From NCBI GenBank assembly GCA_937936785.1, contig CALDDQ010000006.1, forward strand, positions 68,739 to 132,738: DNA of 64,000 bases, written 5' to 3'. The notes below the pieces were generated by a model. That model saw nothing but the letters and a program-made list of their open reading frames with translations. It ran no database searches and was not told where the DNA came from. Source of the DNA: an uncultured Endomicrobiia bacterium. GTDB taxonomy: Bacteria > Elusimicrobiota > Endomicrobiia > DTEH01. Within the stretch, counting starts at the first letter, position 1, and each line of letters starts with the position of its first letter. Both the position numbers and the translations under genes were made by a program. Below, piece after piece: positions 49,460-59,283 of this stretch.

Positions 49460-49509
49460 AAAACTTTTCTCCTTTATAATATTATTTTAATTATTGAAAA
49501 ACCTGGCAC

Positions 49510-50499
49510 TTATTCCCAACTAACCCCTGCATCTTTGCAAACTTCTTTTAAATAATCTTGTTCTTTGTGAATAATATTTTTTGTATTCAACAACTCATCA
49601 ATTTCTCGGACAGCTGTTTCTACCACTACAAGTTTAACTTTTTTCTTTTCCATAATTTTTATTAAATTTACAAGATTCTCTCTTTTTAATAAACCTTTTT
49701 CATAATATAACGGTGGATGAAACTTTTTTATCACAGGGACATAATCGTTTAAATGCATTTGACCAATATATTTTTCTGGTATTATATCAAAAACTTTTTC
49801 TGGCGGTTGAGGAACCTGTTTCCCAACATCTGCTCTTGTAAACCAATGTCCAATATCAAAACAATATTTTATAATATCACCTCTTGGATCAATTCTTTCC
49901 AACAACTCCAAATTTTCTTCAATCTCTACCATTATAAAATCAAATGCTGTATTATTTTCCAAGTGTAACATAATTCCTTTATTATACGAATATTGTGCAA
50001 GTTCCGAATACGACCTGTACAAACTTTCCTTTACAATATTTAAATATTCACCTGTAGACTGGTAAAATGGTACACTACCAGGATGTAGAACACAGTTTAT
50101 ACAACCTAATTTTTTTGATTGATCAATGTATCGTTTTAACAGGTCTATAGCACATTTTCTATCTTCTTCCTGAAAAGATGCAATAGAATTAGAAACGAAT
50201 GTATACGGTAAATGAAAAGACATTGTTATATCATAAGTTTTAGATAGTTCTCTTGCTGCAAATAAACTTTCATCATCCATCGCCAAAAACGGATTTGGGA
50301 CACCACCATCAAGTTCTATGTGTCTTACAGTTAAATCATCAGCAATTTTAATATGTGTAATAATATCTGCCTTAACCTTTATTTGCACTTTAGCATCCAT
50401 ATCTGGTACTTTTAACTTTTCTTCTTTCAACAACTGCCGTTCTTCCTCTGTCAAATATAATGTATTTAACATGTTTGTAAAATCTCGTCCAAATCTCAT
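49510..50499 (-). CDS. xylose isomerase-like TIM-barrel protein (sugar phosphate isomerase/epimerase family)
   Basis: 329 aa. 'GIMLHLENN' and 'HLND' metal-binding-type motifs of the AP_endonuc_2/XI-like barrel. Confidence 0.6.
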   Translation of the reverse strand: MRFGRDFTNMLNTLYLTEEERQLLKEEKLKVPDMDAKVQIKVKADIITHIKIADDLTVRHIELDGGVPNPFLAMDDESLFAARELSKTYDITMSFHLPYTFVSNSIASFQEEDRKCAIDLLKRYIDQSKKLGCINCVLHPGSVPFYQSTGEYLNIVKESLYRSYSELAQYSYNKGIMLHLENNTAFDFIMVEIEENLELLERIDPRGDIIKYCFDIGHWFTRADVGKQVPQPPEKVFDIIPEKYIGQMHLNDYVPVIKKFHPPLYYEKGLLKRENLVNLIKIMEKKKVKLVVVETAVREIDELLNTKNIIHKEQDYLKEVCKDAGVSWE

Positions 50500-50595
50500 T
50501 TTTTCTCCCCTTTTATTTTTAGTGTGAAAAACATTTTTCTGTTATTTATGTATAAAAATTTTTCTTAAAACATTAAAGTTTATAAAGTTACTAAT

Positions 50596-51507
50596 TTATT
50601 TTATGTTTTCAAAATGTGTTAATTTTTTAATTTCACAACATCTATCTACTATCTGTTTATATTTTTTGTTTACAATACCTCTTATACTAAAATTTTCTAC
50701 ACAAAACGATCCCATAACACTACCTAAAATTATCCCTTGCCTTAATACCTGCTCATTAACATTTTTGCTTTTTACAACATAACCCATAAATCCACCTGCA
50801 AAACTATCCCCTGCACCTGTCGGGTCAAAAACATTTTCTAACGGATATGACGGAACTGCAAACATACTATTATTACTAAAACACATTGCACCATACTCAC
50901 CACGTTTTACTATTAACACTTTTGGTCCCATTTTTAACACATACTTTGCTGCTTTTATAATGTTTGATTCTTGGGCTAATTGTCTGACTTCTGCCTCGTT
51001 AACTAAAAATATATCAATAACTTTTAATAACTTTTTTAATTCTTTGGATTTATTTTTTATCCAAAAATTCATTGTGTCACATGCAACAATTTCAGTATTA
51101 GACATTTGCTTATAAACAGAATATTGTAGTTGTGGATCTATGTTGCCTAAAAATATTTTTTTTATGTTCTTATACTGCTTTGGAATTTTTGGATTAAAAT
51201 CTTTAAATACATTCAATTGTGTATCTAAAGTTGTTGCAGAATTTAAGTCATACATATAATGTCCAGACCAACGAAAAGTTCTGCCTTCAACTTGTCCAAG
51301 TCCTGAGGTATCAATGTTATGCTTGTTTAATAATTTAATATATTTTTTTGGGAAATCTGTCCCAACAACTGCTATAAGTGAAGGCTGAGTAAAATAACTT
51401 GCTGCAATTGATGAATATACTGCTGACCCTCCAAGTGCATCTTTAACCTTGCCAAACGGTGTTTCAACAGTATCCAGTGCAACAGAACCTACTATTAATA
51501 AACTCAT
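50596..51507 (-). CDS. PfkB-family carbohydrate/nucleoside kinase (ribokinase-like)
   Basis: 'DPTGAGDSFAGGF' anion-hole/catalytic motif and an N-terminal GG motif region. 303 aa. Confidence 0.8.
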   Translation of the reverse strand: MSLLIVGSVALDTVETPFGKVKDALGGSAVYSSIAASYFTQPSLIAVVGTDFPKKYIKLLNKHNIDTSGLGQVEGRTFRWSGHYMYDLNSATTLDTQLNVFKDFNPKIPKQYKNIKKIFLGNIDPQLQYSVYKQMSNTEIVACDTMNFWIKNKSKELKKLLKVIDIFLVNEAEVRQLAQESNIIKAAKYVLKMGPKVLIVKRGEYGAMCFSNNSMFAVPSYPLENVFDPTGAGDSFAGGFMGYVVKSKNVNEQVLRQGIILGSVMGSFCVENFSIRGIVNKKYKQIVDRCCEIKKLTHFENIK

Positions 51508-51593
51508 TTTTGACCCCTGTTTCCCCTCTTCTTATTTTTTATAATTTCTATTTATTAAAATTATATTTCCTACACTATTCATTATTCAAGTAT

Positions 51594-52538
51594 CTATTTA
51601 ACATACTTTCCTATCAACAACTCTAACTTTTTCAATGTTTTTTTGTTCATAGCATCTTTGCGAGTAAATATCGCATGTTTTAAAGTTTCATTACATTTAC
51701 ATTTTTTTTCTTCTGTATCCAAATTTGATACCACTAAACTTATCAACCGTTTTGAATTTTCTACATTAGCGTTCAAATTTTCTACAACTTTTTTTGCGTT
51801 AACTTCTTCACCTTCTTTCCACACATCATAATCTGTTACCAATGCAATTGTAGCATAACACATCTGTGCCTCACGAGCAAGTTTTGCTTCTGGCAAAGCT
51901 GTCATTCCTACCACGCTAAACCCTAATTGTTGATTAACTTTTGACTCTGCTTTGGTAGAAAATTGCGGTCCTTCTATGCAAACATATGTTCCACCGAAGT
52001 GTGTTATAAGACCTAAATTTTTACAACTGGTATAAATTGTTTTTCTTAAATCATAACAATATGGTTCATCAAAAGTAACATGGCTTACAATCCCTTCACC
52101 AAAAAAAGTATTTTTTCTTAATCTTGTCCGATCAAATAACTGATCCGGTAAAACAATTTCTCTTGGACGGATCTCTTCTTTTAACGAGCCACAGGCTGAA
52201 ATACTTATTAACACTTCAACTCCTAATAATTTTAATGCATAAATATTTGCATGTGAATTTATTTCTGTGGGCAAAATATGATGTCCTCTACCATGTCGTG
52301 GTAAGAATGCTACTTTTTTATATACACCACCTTTACCTTCCATCTCCCCTACTACAATATTGTCTGAAGGAAAACCAAATGGTGTTTTAACTTTTATTTC
52401 TTGAACATTTTTTATACTTTCAATATTATAAATCCCACTACCACCAATTATCCCAATTTTTACTTCAGAAGAAAAAAAATTTTTAACATCTTTCTTTGAT
52501 TTTATTTCTAAAACTTTTTTTTTATCTAACTTTTTCAT
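51594..52538 (-). CDS. MTAP-family purine nucleoside / 5'-methylthioadenosine phosphorylase
   Basis: 'KIGIIGGSGIY' N-terminal phosphate-binding motif and PNP/MTAP fold length. Probable N-terminal extension or misplaced start. Confidence 0.75.
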   Translation of the reverse strand: MKKLDKKKVLEIKSKKDVKNFFSSEVKIGIIGGSGIYNIESIKNVQEIKVKTPFGFPSDNIVVGEMEGKGGVYKKVAFLPRHGRGHHILPTEINSHANIYALKLLGVEVLISISACGSLKEEIRPREIVLPDQLFDRTRLRKNTFFGEGIVSHVTFDEPYCYDLRKTIYTSCKNLGLITHFGGTYVCIEGPQFSTKAESKVNQQLGFSVVGMTALPEAKLAREAQMCYATIALVTDYDVWKEGEEVNAKKVVENLNANVENSKRLISLVVSNLDTEEKKCKCNETLKHAIFTRKDAMNKKTLKKLELLIGKYVK

Positions 52539-52603
52539 TTCTTGTTTTTAGTCAAATTATATCTCTTAATTTAAATTTATTAGATAAGTTTTTTGTTTTT
52601 TAA

Positions 52604-53908
52604 CTATCTCATCATACCTTCCATTTCATCTTCTGACAATGCATCACTGATAGATTTTAAAAAGTCATGATTGGACTTTGTTTGTTTCAACTTTTTTATT
52701 AACGTTTCCATAGCTTCTGTAGGTGGTAATTGCATTAACGCTTTTCTTAAAACCCAAATTTTTTTTAAATCTTTTTCTGGAATTAACAACTCTTCTTTTC
52801 TTGTTCCTGAACGTGTTATATCTATTGCAGGAAAAATTCGTCTATCAGCAAGTTTGCGGTCTAAATATATTTCCATGTTACCTGTACCTTTAAATTCTTC
52901 AAATATAACATCATCCATACGAGATCCTGTTTCTACTAATGCTGTTGCAATAACTGTCATTGATCCTCCTTCTTCAATTTTTCTTGCTGAACCAAAAAAT
53001 CGCTTCGGTCTTTGTAATGCGGTAGAATCTATCCCACCGGATAAAACTCTACCACTTGATGGTGTAACTGTATTATATGCTCTAGCTAACCTTGTTATTG
53101 AATCTAACAAAATTACAACATCATTACCATGTTCTACCAAACGTTTTGCTTTTTCTAAAACCATCTCCGCAACTTGAACATGCCGTTCTGCTGGTTCATC
53201 AAACGTTGAAGATATAACTTCACATTTTACCGAACGTATCATATCAGTAACTTCTTCAGGACGTTCATCAATTAATAATGCAATGAGTTTTATCTCAGGA
53301 TGGTTTATAGTAATAGAATTTGCAATTTTTTGTAACAAGACAGTTTTCCCGGTCCTTGGAGCAGCGTTTATTAATGCTCTTTGTCCTTTGCCTAGTGGTG
53401 TTAACAAGTCTATTACTCTAGTGGCAACATCGTCTCTTGTTGTCTCTAACTTTATATGTTCTTGAGGATATAATGGAGTTAAGTTGTCAAAAAACATTCT
53501 TTCTCGGATCTTTTCCGGTTCAACACCGTTAACAGACTGAATTTGTAACAAAGCATAATACTTTTCATCATTTTTCGGTGGACGAACATACCCGCCAACA
53601 GTATCCCCCTTTCTTAGACCAAACTTTTTTATTTGTGACGGAGAAATATAAATATCTTCATTACTTTGTAAATAATTAAAATTCGTAGACCTTAAAAATC
53701 CAAACCCGTCAGGTAAAATCTCTAATACTCCTTCATTATACATAAGACCGTTGGTCTGTGATTGCGCTTCAATAACTTTGGAAATTAACTGTTGTTTTTT
53801 TAATCCTGAAACTGGTTCTATTTTTAATTCTTTAGCTAGTTTCATCAAATCAGTTAATTTCATTTGTGCTAATGATGATATGTTAAATGTTACTTGTTGC
53901 ATTGTCAT
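52604..53908 (-). CDS. rho: transcription termination factor Rho
   Basis: 434 aa. N-terminal RNA-binding domain, Walker A 'APRTGKT', Q- and R-loops. Confidence 0.9.
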   Translation of the reverse strand: MTMQQVTFNISSLAQMKLTDLMKLAKELKIEPVSGLKKQQLISKVIEAQSQTNGLMYNEGVLEILPDGFGFLRSTNFNYLQSNEDIYISPSQIKKFGLRKGDTVGGYVRPPKNDEKYYALLQIQSVNGVEPEKIRERMFFDNLTPLYPQEHIKLETTRDDVATRVIDLLTPLGKGQRALINAAPRTGKTVLLQKIANSITINHPEIKLIALLIDERPEEVTDMIRSVKCEVISSTFDEPAERHVQVAEMVLEKAKRLVEHGNDVVILLDSITRLARAYNTVTPSSGRVLSGGIDSTALQRPKRFFGSARKIEEGGSMTVIATALVETGSRMDDVIFEEFKGTGNMEIYLDRKLADRRIFPAIDITRSGTRKEELLIPEKDLKKIWVLRKALMQLPPTEAMETLIKKLKQTKSNHDFLKSISDALSEDEMEGMMR

Positions 53909-54258
53909 TTTGTTTTATTCCTCCCTAAAATTATTATTTATATTATTTTATTATGTGAGTTTTTTAAATTGTAAAACAATATAATTGTAAATACAAAAAA
54001 TTTTTTATGCTTAACTTTTTTAATAATTCAATTATGAAAAACACCATTAGTTAATTGTATGAAATTATTATTTTTATATAATTTGAAGACATTTTAATTG
54101 CTATTATATTAAATATTGTTTGTTTAAGTTTATAGTTAACATGAAGATTGTTATTTTTATTTGTCAAATTTCAAAGCTTGTAAAAACACTAGTTTTTTTT
54201 CCTGATTGGACTTTTTATAATTTTAAAATTTTATGTAGATACTTTTTGGATTATAGAT

Positions 54259-54287
54259 CTTATATTAAAAAACAAAAAACTTGTCAA
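54259..54287 (-). promoter_or_regulatory. sigma70-like promoter TTGACA-17-TATAAG, candidate rho promoter with a leader of about 345 nt
   Basis: Minus-strand reading is 'TTGACAagttttttgttttttaaTATAAG'. It is oriented toward rho (start 53908) and no ORF intervenes. Confidence 0.4.
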
Positions 54288-54309
54288 TAGGTTTACTACA
54301 ATCATTTTT

Positions 54310-54387
54310 TGGTAGCGGGGGATGGATTTGAACCACCGACCTCCAGGTTATGGGCCTGGCGAGCTAACCGGGCTGCTCCACCCCGCA
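54310..54387 (-). tRNA. tRNA-Met (anticodon CAU), CCA-encoded; initiator-like acceptor end (U1-U72 mismatch) and TTCAAAT T-loop, but A29:U41 and C33
   Basis: The reverse complement folds as a cloverleaf: acceptor GCGGGG/CCCCGC, D-stem GAGC/GCTC, anticodon stem CCAGG/CCTGG with loop CCCATAA, T-stem GGTGG/CCATC, and 3' ACCA. Confidence 0.85.
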
Positions 54388-54421
54388 ATATTGTGTTTTA
54401 AAAAACATATTTATTTTGTCT

Positions 54422-54450
54422 ATTATACTAAAAAAATTTTTTTTTGTCAA
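54422..54450 (-). promoter_or_regulatory. consensus sigma70 promoter TTGACA-17-TATAAT driving the tRNA-Met gene
   Basis: The plus strand has 'tgtcaa' at 54445-54450 and 'attata' at 54422-54427, with an exactly 17-nt spacer. The -10 element ends 34 nt before the tRNA 5' end. Confidence 0.6.
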
Positions 54451-54499
54451 ATATTTTTAATTATTTTCTACTATATTATCATACTTCAATAATCTTTTA

Positions 54500-55195
54500 C
54501 TACAAATCAAACCTATAACCAACATTTTCTATCGTTTTAATAAATTTTCCAACATCTTCACCTAACTTTTTTCTTAAATTCATAATATGGACATCAAGAG
54601 TTCTTGTTTTTTCCATTTCTTGAACATCTGCATATCCCCAAAGTGTTTCTAACAAATACCGTCTTTCAACTACACGACCACGACTTTTTAGTAGTAAGTA
54701 TAATAACTGAAACTCTTTTGGTGTAAGGTCAACATTGTGTGGCTGTAAAACTGTAACTTTATGACATGCTACATCAAGAGTAATAGGGCCAACAGTTAGA
54801 ATTTCATCCGGTTTGTTCCCATAAAGTTCTACACGACGTAAAAGTGCCTTTATTCTTACCAACAACTCTTGTGGTTCAAACGGTTTTGTCATATAATCTT
54901 CAGCACCACATTCAAATCCAACAATTTTGTCCTCAGTAGAAATTCGTGCTGTAAGAATTATTACAGGTATACTTTTAAACCGCACATCAGACTTCATTTC
55001 ACGACAAACATCTATCCCATCAGCATCAGGTAAAGTCAAATCTAACAATACTAAATCAGGCATAAACCGTTCAATTTTTTTTATTATATCCTTCCCACTA
55101 TAATAATGTTCAACTGTATAACCTGCATTTTCTAATAAAACTTTTACAAATACTGAAATTTCCTGATCATCTTCAAAATATAATATTTTTGTCAT
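54500..55195 (-). CDS. OmpR-family response regulator (REC + winged-helix DNA-binding domain)
   Basis: 'ILYFEDDQEI...DLVLLDLTLPDADG' and C-terminal 'LTPKEFQLLYLLLKSRGRVVERRYLLETLWG'. Confidence 0.85.
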   Translation of the reverse strand: MTKILYFEDDQEISVFVKVLLENAGYTVEHYYSGKDIIKKIERFMPDLVLLDLTLPDADGIDVCREMKSDVRFKSIPVIILTARISTEDKIVGFECGAEDYMTKPFEPQELLVRIKALLRRVELYGNKPDEILTVGPITLDVACHKVTVLQPHNVDLTPKEFQLLYLLLKSRGRVVERRYLLETLWGYADVQEMEKTRTLDVHIMNLRKKLGEDVGKFIKTIENVGYRFDL

Positions 55196-55273
55196 ATTTA
55201 TTTTATATAAAAACTTATAGTTTTTTTCAATACTTGCTAAACTTTTAAAAAAATTTATATATTTGAAATATAT

Positions 55274-56221
55274 ATGTTAAAAGATAGGTTTGGCAGGAGA
55301 ATAAATTATCTTCGGGTTTCTATTACTAATAGGTGTAATTTTAATTGCATATATTGCAATACATTACCTGTAAAAGATATAGATTATCCAATTGAAAATT
55401 TTTTAAAAATTATTTATTGTGCATCGTCTATCGGAATAAAAAATATCCGAATAACCGGTGGTGAACCATTCATAAAAAAATATTTATTAGACTTTTTAAA
55501 AGAACTTAAAAAAATGAATTTAAATATTGCAATAACTACTAACGCTTCTTTAATAAAAGAATCTTTTATACCAGAAATCGTATCACTAAAAATTAAAAAG
55601 TTTAACATTTCTCTTGACTCTATACATAACACCACTTTTCTTAAAATTACTAAAAAAAATTGTATAAAAACTGTCTTACAAAATATTAACCAATTAAAAA
55701 AAGAAACTAAATCTAACGAAATAAAAATTAACACAGTTTTGTTAAACAAGATTAATTCTGATGAGATTTATGATATGATAAATTTTGCTTCTCAACAAGG
55801 TTTAATTCTAAAATTTATTGAATATATGCCTATAGGATTGCAAAATTTTAATTTTAAAAAAAGTAATCTAAAAAAGTTGTTTTTTCCAATAAAAAATATA
55901 GTCCAAAATGTTGTAGAAAAATATAATTTAAATCCAATAGAATACAAATCTTTAGGCCCTGGAAAATATTATAAAAATAAAAACACCATCATAGGATTTG
56001 TTTGTGCAATTAGCACACCATTTTGTTCTTCTTGCAATAGATTAAGAATAACTTCGGACTTAAAATTACGTGCTTGTCTTGGAAATAATATAGAACTTGA
56101 TTTAAAAAATCTTTCCGAAAAAGAAATTAAAAAAGCATTTTTTTTAATAACTGAAATTAAACCTATCCAACACAGGTTTGAATCAACACCAAAAGATTGT
56201 ATGCGAAATATTGGAGGATAA
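55274..56221 (+). CDS. moaA: GTP 3',8-cyclase MoaA (radical SAM)
   Basis: 'NRCNFNCIYC' radical-SAM cluster motif, 'ITGGEP', and a C-terminal second Cys cluster 'CSSCNRLRIT'. Confidence 0.85.
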   Translation: MLKDRFGRRINYLRVSITNRCNFNCIYCNTLPVKDIDYPIENFLKIIYCASSIGIKNIRITGGEPFIKKYLLDFLKELKKMNLNIAITTNASLIKESFIPEIVSLKIKKFNISLDSIHNTTFLKITKKNCIKTVLQNINQLKKETKSNEIKINTVLLNKINSDEIYDMINFASQQGLILKFIEYMPIGLQNFNFKKSNLKKLFFPIKNIVQNVVEKYNLNPIEYKSLGPGKYYKNKNTIIGFVCAISTPFCSSCNRLRITSDLKLRACLGNNIELDLKNLSEKEIKKAFFLITEIKPIQHRFESTPKDCMRNIGG

Positions 56222-56295
56222 TTTTTTAATATAAATCTAACCTGGTATATATTTATAAATTTCTTTTTATAAATAAACAAAAAAGAGGTAATTTT

Positions 56296-56751
56296 ATGAA
56301 TAAAATAAATATGATAGACATTACACAAAAAATATCAACAACACGAACTGCCGTTGCAACTGGAAAAATTTTTTTCTCAAGAAAAGTTTTTCTAGCAATA
56401 AAAAATAAAAAATTATCAAAAGGTAACCCTTTAGAAGTTGCTAAAATATCTGGAATCCTGGCCTCAAAAAATGTCGCTCAAACAATACCTTTGACCCATC
56501 CAATAAATATTACCCACTGCAATATTGAAATAGTCCTAAATAATAAAAAAAATAAATTTTTTGCACAAGTAATTACTACTATAAAACTAATTTCAAAAAC
56601 AGGTCCTGATATTGAAGCAATGTATGCAACTTCTGTTGCATTACTTACAATTTATGATATGATAAAACCAATTGACCCATCGGCAATAATTTCTGAAATA
56701 AAACTGGTCCAAAAAACCGGTGGAAAAAGTAATTATAATATAAACAAATAA
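56296..56751 (+). CDS. moaC: cyclic pyranopterin monophosphate synthase MoaC
   Basis: 151 aa. 'PLTHPINI' and 'ALLTIYDM' conserved MoaC motifs. Immediately follows moaA. Confidence 0.8.
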   Translation: MNKINMIDITQKISTTRTAVATGKIFFSRKVFLAIKNKKLSKGNPLEVAKISGILASKNVAQTIPLTHPINITHCNIEIVLNNKKNKFFAQVITTIKLISKTGPDIEAMYATSVALLTIYDMIKPIDPSAIISEIKLVQKTGGKSNYNINK

Positions 56752-56773
56752 TTCTTAACATAAAATAAAATCG

Positions 56774-57644
56774 TTACTTATACTCTTTTTGTTTCACATT
56801 ATTTTTACTGCTGTTTTTTACTTCATACATTAAATTGTCAACTTCAATAACCATTTTATCAACATCTTCATACGGTTTAATAAATGTTCCTATACCAATA
56901 CTAAACGTAACCGGTCACTGATTTTTTTTCATTTCCAACAATAAATTATCTCTAACCTTTTCTATTACACCTTCTATTAAAGAACTTGGAGTTTCCGGAA
57001 ACATAATTACAAATTCGTCCCCCACCAATACGCGCAACAGTATCCGTCTTTCTTATCCCGTCTTTTATCGTGTTGGCAACAATATACAACAAATTATCAT
57101 CAATATTATGACCATACATATCGTTTACTGCCTTAAAGTTGTCTATGTCTACATACGCAATTGTTATTGGAAGATTGTTTCTGATCATTTTATTTTTTTC
57201 ATAATTTAATATTTCAAAGAAATGTCTCGAATTTGAAATTTTTGTTAAGGAATCTGTCCTTGACATTTCTTTTTCTTTCTCAAGAGCTTTTATAAGTCTT
57301 AACAACAAAAATACGCTTATATAAAAAAATCCTAACCGCACCAATGTGTTCCAAAAAGGAATAATTTTTTGTGAATAAACATGCCCTGCAGTAACATCAG
57401 CTAACAACCAAACAATACCACCAATAATCGTCATTAAAATCCCTAATGTTCGCGATTTTGTAAACCAAACAACAAACATTATTGGCACTAAATAAAATAC
57501 TGAAAACGAATATTCCCACCACGTAAAATGGTCCACAAAACCTAAAATCACAAACAACATCAATCCTATAATTACAATTGTTTTTTTTGACTTTTTGCTG
57601 AAATATTCGTTTATTGTCATAAAAAATTTATTTATTTGAAACAA
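56774..57644 (-). pseudogene. membrane-anchored GGDEF diguanylate cyclase gene disrupted by a +1 frameshift in a G5/C5 run at the GGDEF motif and by an in-frame TGA
   Basis: The annotated ORF ends 'VARIGGGRICNYV'. Deleting one C of the plus-strand C5 run (57019-57023) gives 'RIGGDEFVIMFPETPSSLIEGVIEKVRDNLLLEMKKNQ'. After that comes TGA (56915-56917), then in frame 'PVTFSIGIGTFIKPYEDVDKMVIEVDNLMYEVKNSSKNN', the canonical GGDEF C-terminus. Confidence 0.6.
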
Positions 57645-59050
57645 ATTTTTAGTTCTTTTAAATATTTTTCAAACCCTTTTCGACCAAGTAACGCATAAGT
57701 ATAATTTTTTCCCAACTCCACACCCGGCTGGTCAAAAGCATTTATGTTAAACATTTCGCCTGCATATGCCGTGGCAAGTTCTAACATATAAATAAATTCG
57801 CCAACTGTATTTTCATTAATTTGCGGAAATGAAATTGTCATATTAGGACGGTTAGCTTGTGTTAATGAAACTCGTGTCCCATGTTCTTCAGATTTAATAA
57901 GTTTGTTCAATGTCAAACCAAACAAATAATGGTCTGCAAAAAGTTTTTTGTCCAAATGAGGAATTTTTATCTCTACCGATTTACCATTTACAGTATGTTT
58001 ATCTACTGAAAGAAAAACTATAATTTTATCGTTTGGACCCTCACGATACAATTGTATCTGTGAATGCTGATCAGTAACACCTAACGCTTTTATTGGTGTT
58101 GGTCCTACATTAATTATTTTTCCATTAACATCTTTTGCTTTTCCTAAACTTTCCGCCCATAACTGTCTAAACCAATCTGAAAACGAATACAACTGATCCG
58201 AATATGGCATCATAACACACAATTTTTTTTCTTTTTTATAAAAAATATGATTAATAGTAGCAAAAATGTATGCAGGATTAATATGTTTAATCTTATGGTT
58301 TTCAACTATATCTTCTTTAACACCACACTTCATCGCCATATTTTTTGCACCAGACAATAATTCTTTTATGTCAACCCCTGTGCAAGCAGCAGAAACTAAT
58401 CCTACTGATGACAACACAGAAAATCTGCCTCCAACATTTGATGGAACAACAAAACTTTCCCTACATAATCCTTTGTTTGCTAACTCTCTTAAATATCCTT
58501 TTTCTCTATCCGTAGAAATTATTATTTGTTTATTAGCATTCTTTTTACCAACATTTTTTACCAACTTGTCATATAAAATAAAAAATGTAGCTAATGATTC
58601 TACCGTATTTCCTGCTTTTGAAATTACATTTATTATAGTTCTTTTTATATCAATATTTTCTAAAAAACTTTTCATTGTCGTAGGGTCAACATTGTCCAAA
58701 ACAAATAATCTCAACCAACCAGCACGATGCTTTGTTGTCAAGTTGTTCCAATTTTTATCTTTCAACGCTGTCTGCAAAGCAATATTGCCCAGTGCCGAAC
58801 CGCCAATGCCTACAACTACAAAATTGTCATATTTCCACCTTAAACTTTTTGCCAAGTCTAAAATCTTATCTATATGCTGGTTAAAAGGTAAATATAACCA
58901 TCCTAAAGGGATATCTTTATCTTGCGACTTTTTTATTATCGTAGAATGAATCTTTGAAAATTTTTTATAATAATTTTCTAACTCTCTAATGCTTATACCT
59001 TCTTTGCCAATTTTTTTTGTCATACAATTTTCATAATCTAATTTTATCAT
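57632..59050 (-). CDS. pgi: glucose-6-phosphate isomerase (short, about 450-470-aa type)
   Basis: 'ISKAGNTVESLA' (the SKSGTT-like motif) and 'DQHSQIQLYREGPNDK' PGI signature 2. Confidence 0.8.
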   Translation of the reverse strand: MIKLDYENCMTKKIGKEGISIRELENYYKKFSKIHSTIIKKSQDKDIPLGWLYLPFNQHIDKILDLAKSLRWKYDNFVVVGIGGSALGNIALQTALKDKNWNNLTTKHRAGWLRLFVLDNVDPTTMKSFLENIDIKRTIINVISKAGNTVESLATFFILYDKLVKNVGKKNANKQIIISTDREKGYLRELANKGLCRESFVVPSNVGGRFSVLSSVGLVSAACTGVDIKELLSGAKNMAMKCGVKEDIVENHKIKHINPAYIFATINHIFYKKEKKLCVMMPYSDQLYSFSDWFRQLWAESLGKAKDVNGKIINVGPTPIKALGVTDQHSQIQLYREGPNDKIIVFLSVDKHTVNGKSVEIKIPHLDKKLFADHYLFGLTLNKLIKSEEHGTRVSLTQANRPNMTISFPQINENTVGEFIYMLELATAYAGEMFNINAFDQPGVELGKNYTYALLGRKGFEKYLKELKICFK

Positions 59051-59283
59051 TTGTCCTTTTCCTTTATCTTTTTTTATATATAAATAAAACTAATTTTCTA
59101 CTAAAAATCTATCAAATCTGTATAAACTTACAAATTTTTATTTACATAATCAAGAATATATTACAAAAACAAATCTTAAACAAATTTATATTATCATCAA
59201 TTATAAAAACAACAATATAAGAAAGAAAAATTAATCTGTTAAATTATTGAATTTTAATTAATATATTTTATAAAATTAAAATA

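Noticed and set aside
54310-54387. Calling the tRNA definitively as initiator tRNA-fMet
   Set aside because: It has an unpaired 1:72 and an initiator-like T-loop, but it lacks the three consecutive G:C pairs at 29-31:39-41 (A29:U41 is present). Isotype (initiator, elongator Met or lysidine-modified Ile2) cannot be fixed without a scan tool.
55196-55273. Moco riboswitch upstream of moaA
   Set aside because: The intergenic region is only about 78 nt of A/T-rich sequence. That is too short, and it lacks the conserved GC-rich stems of the Moco RNA motif.
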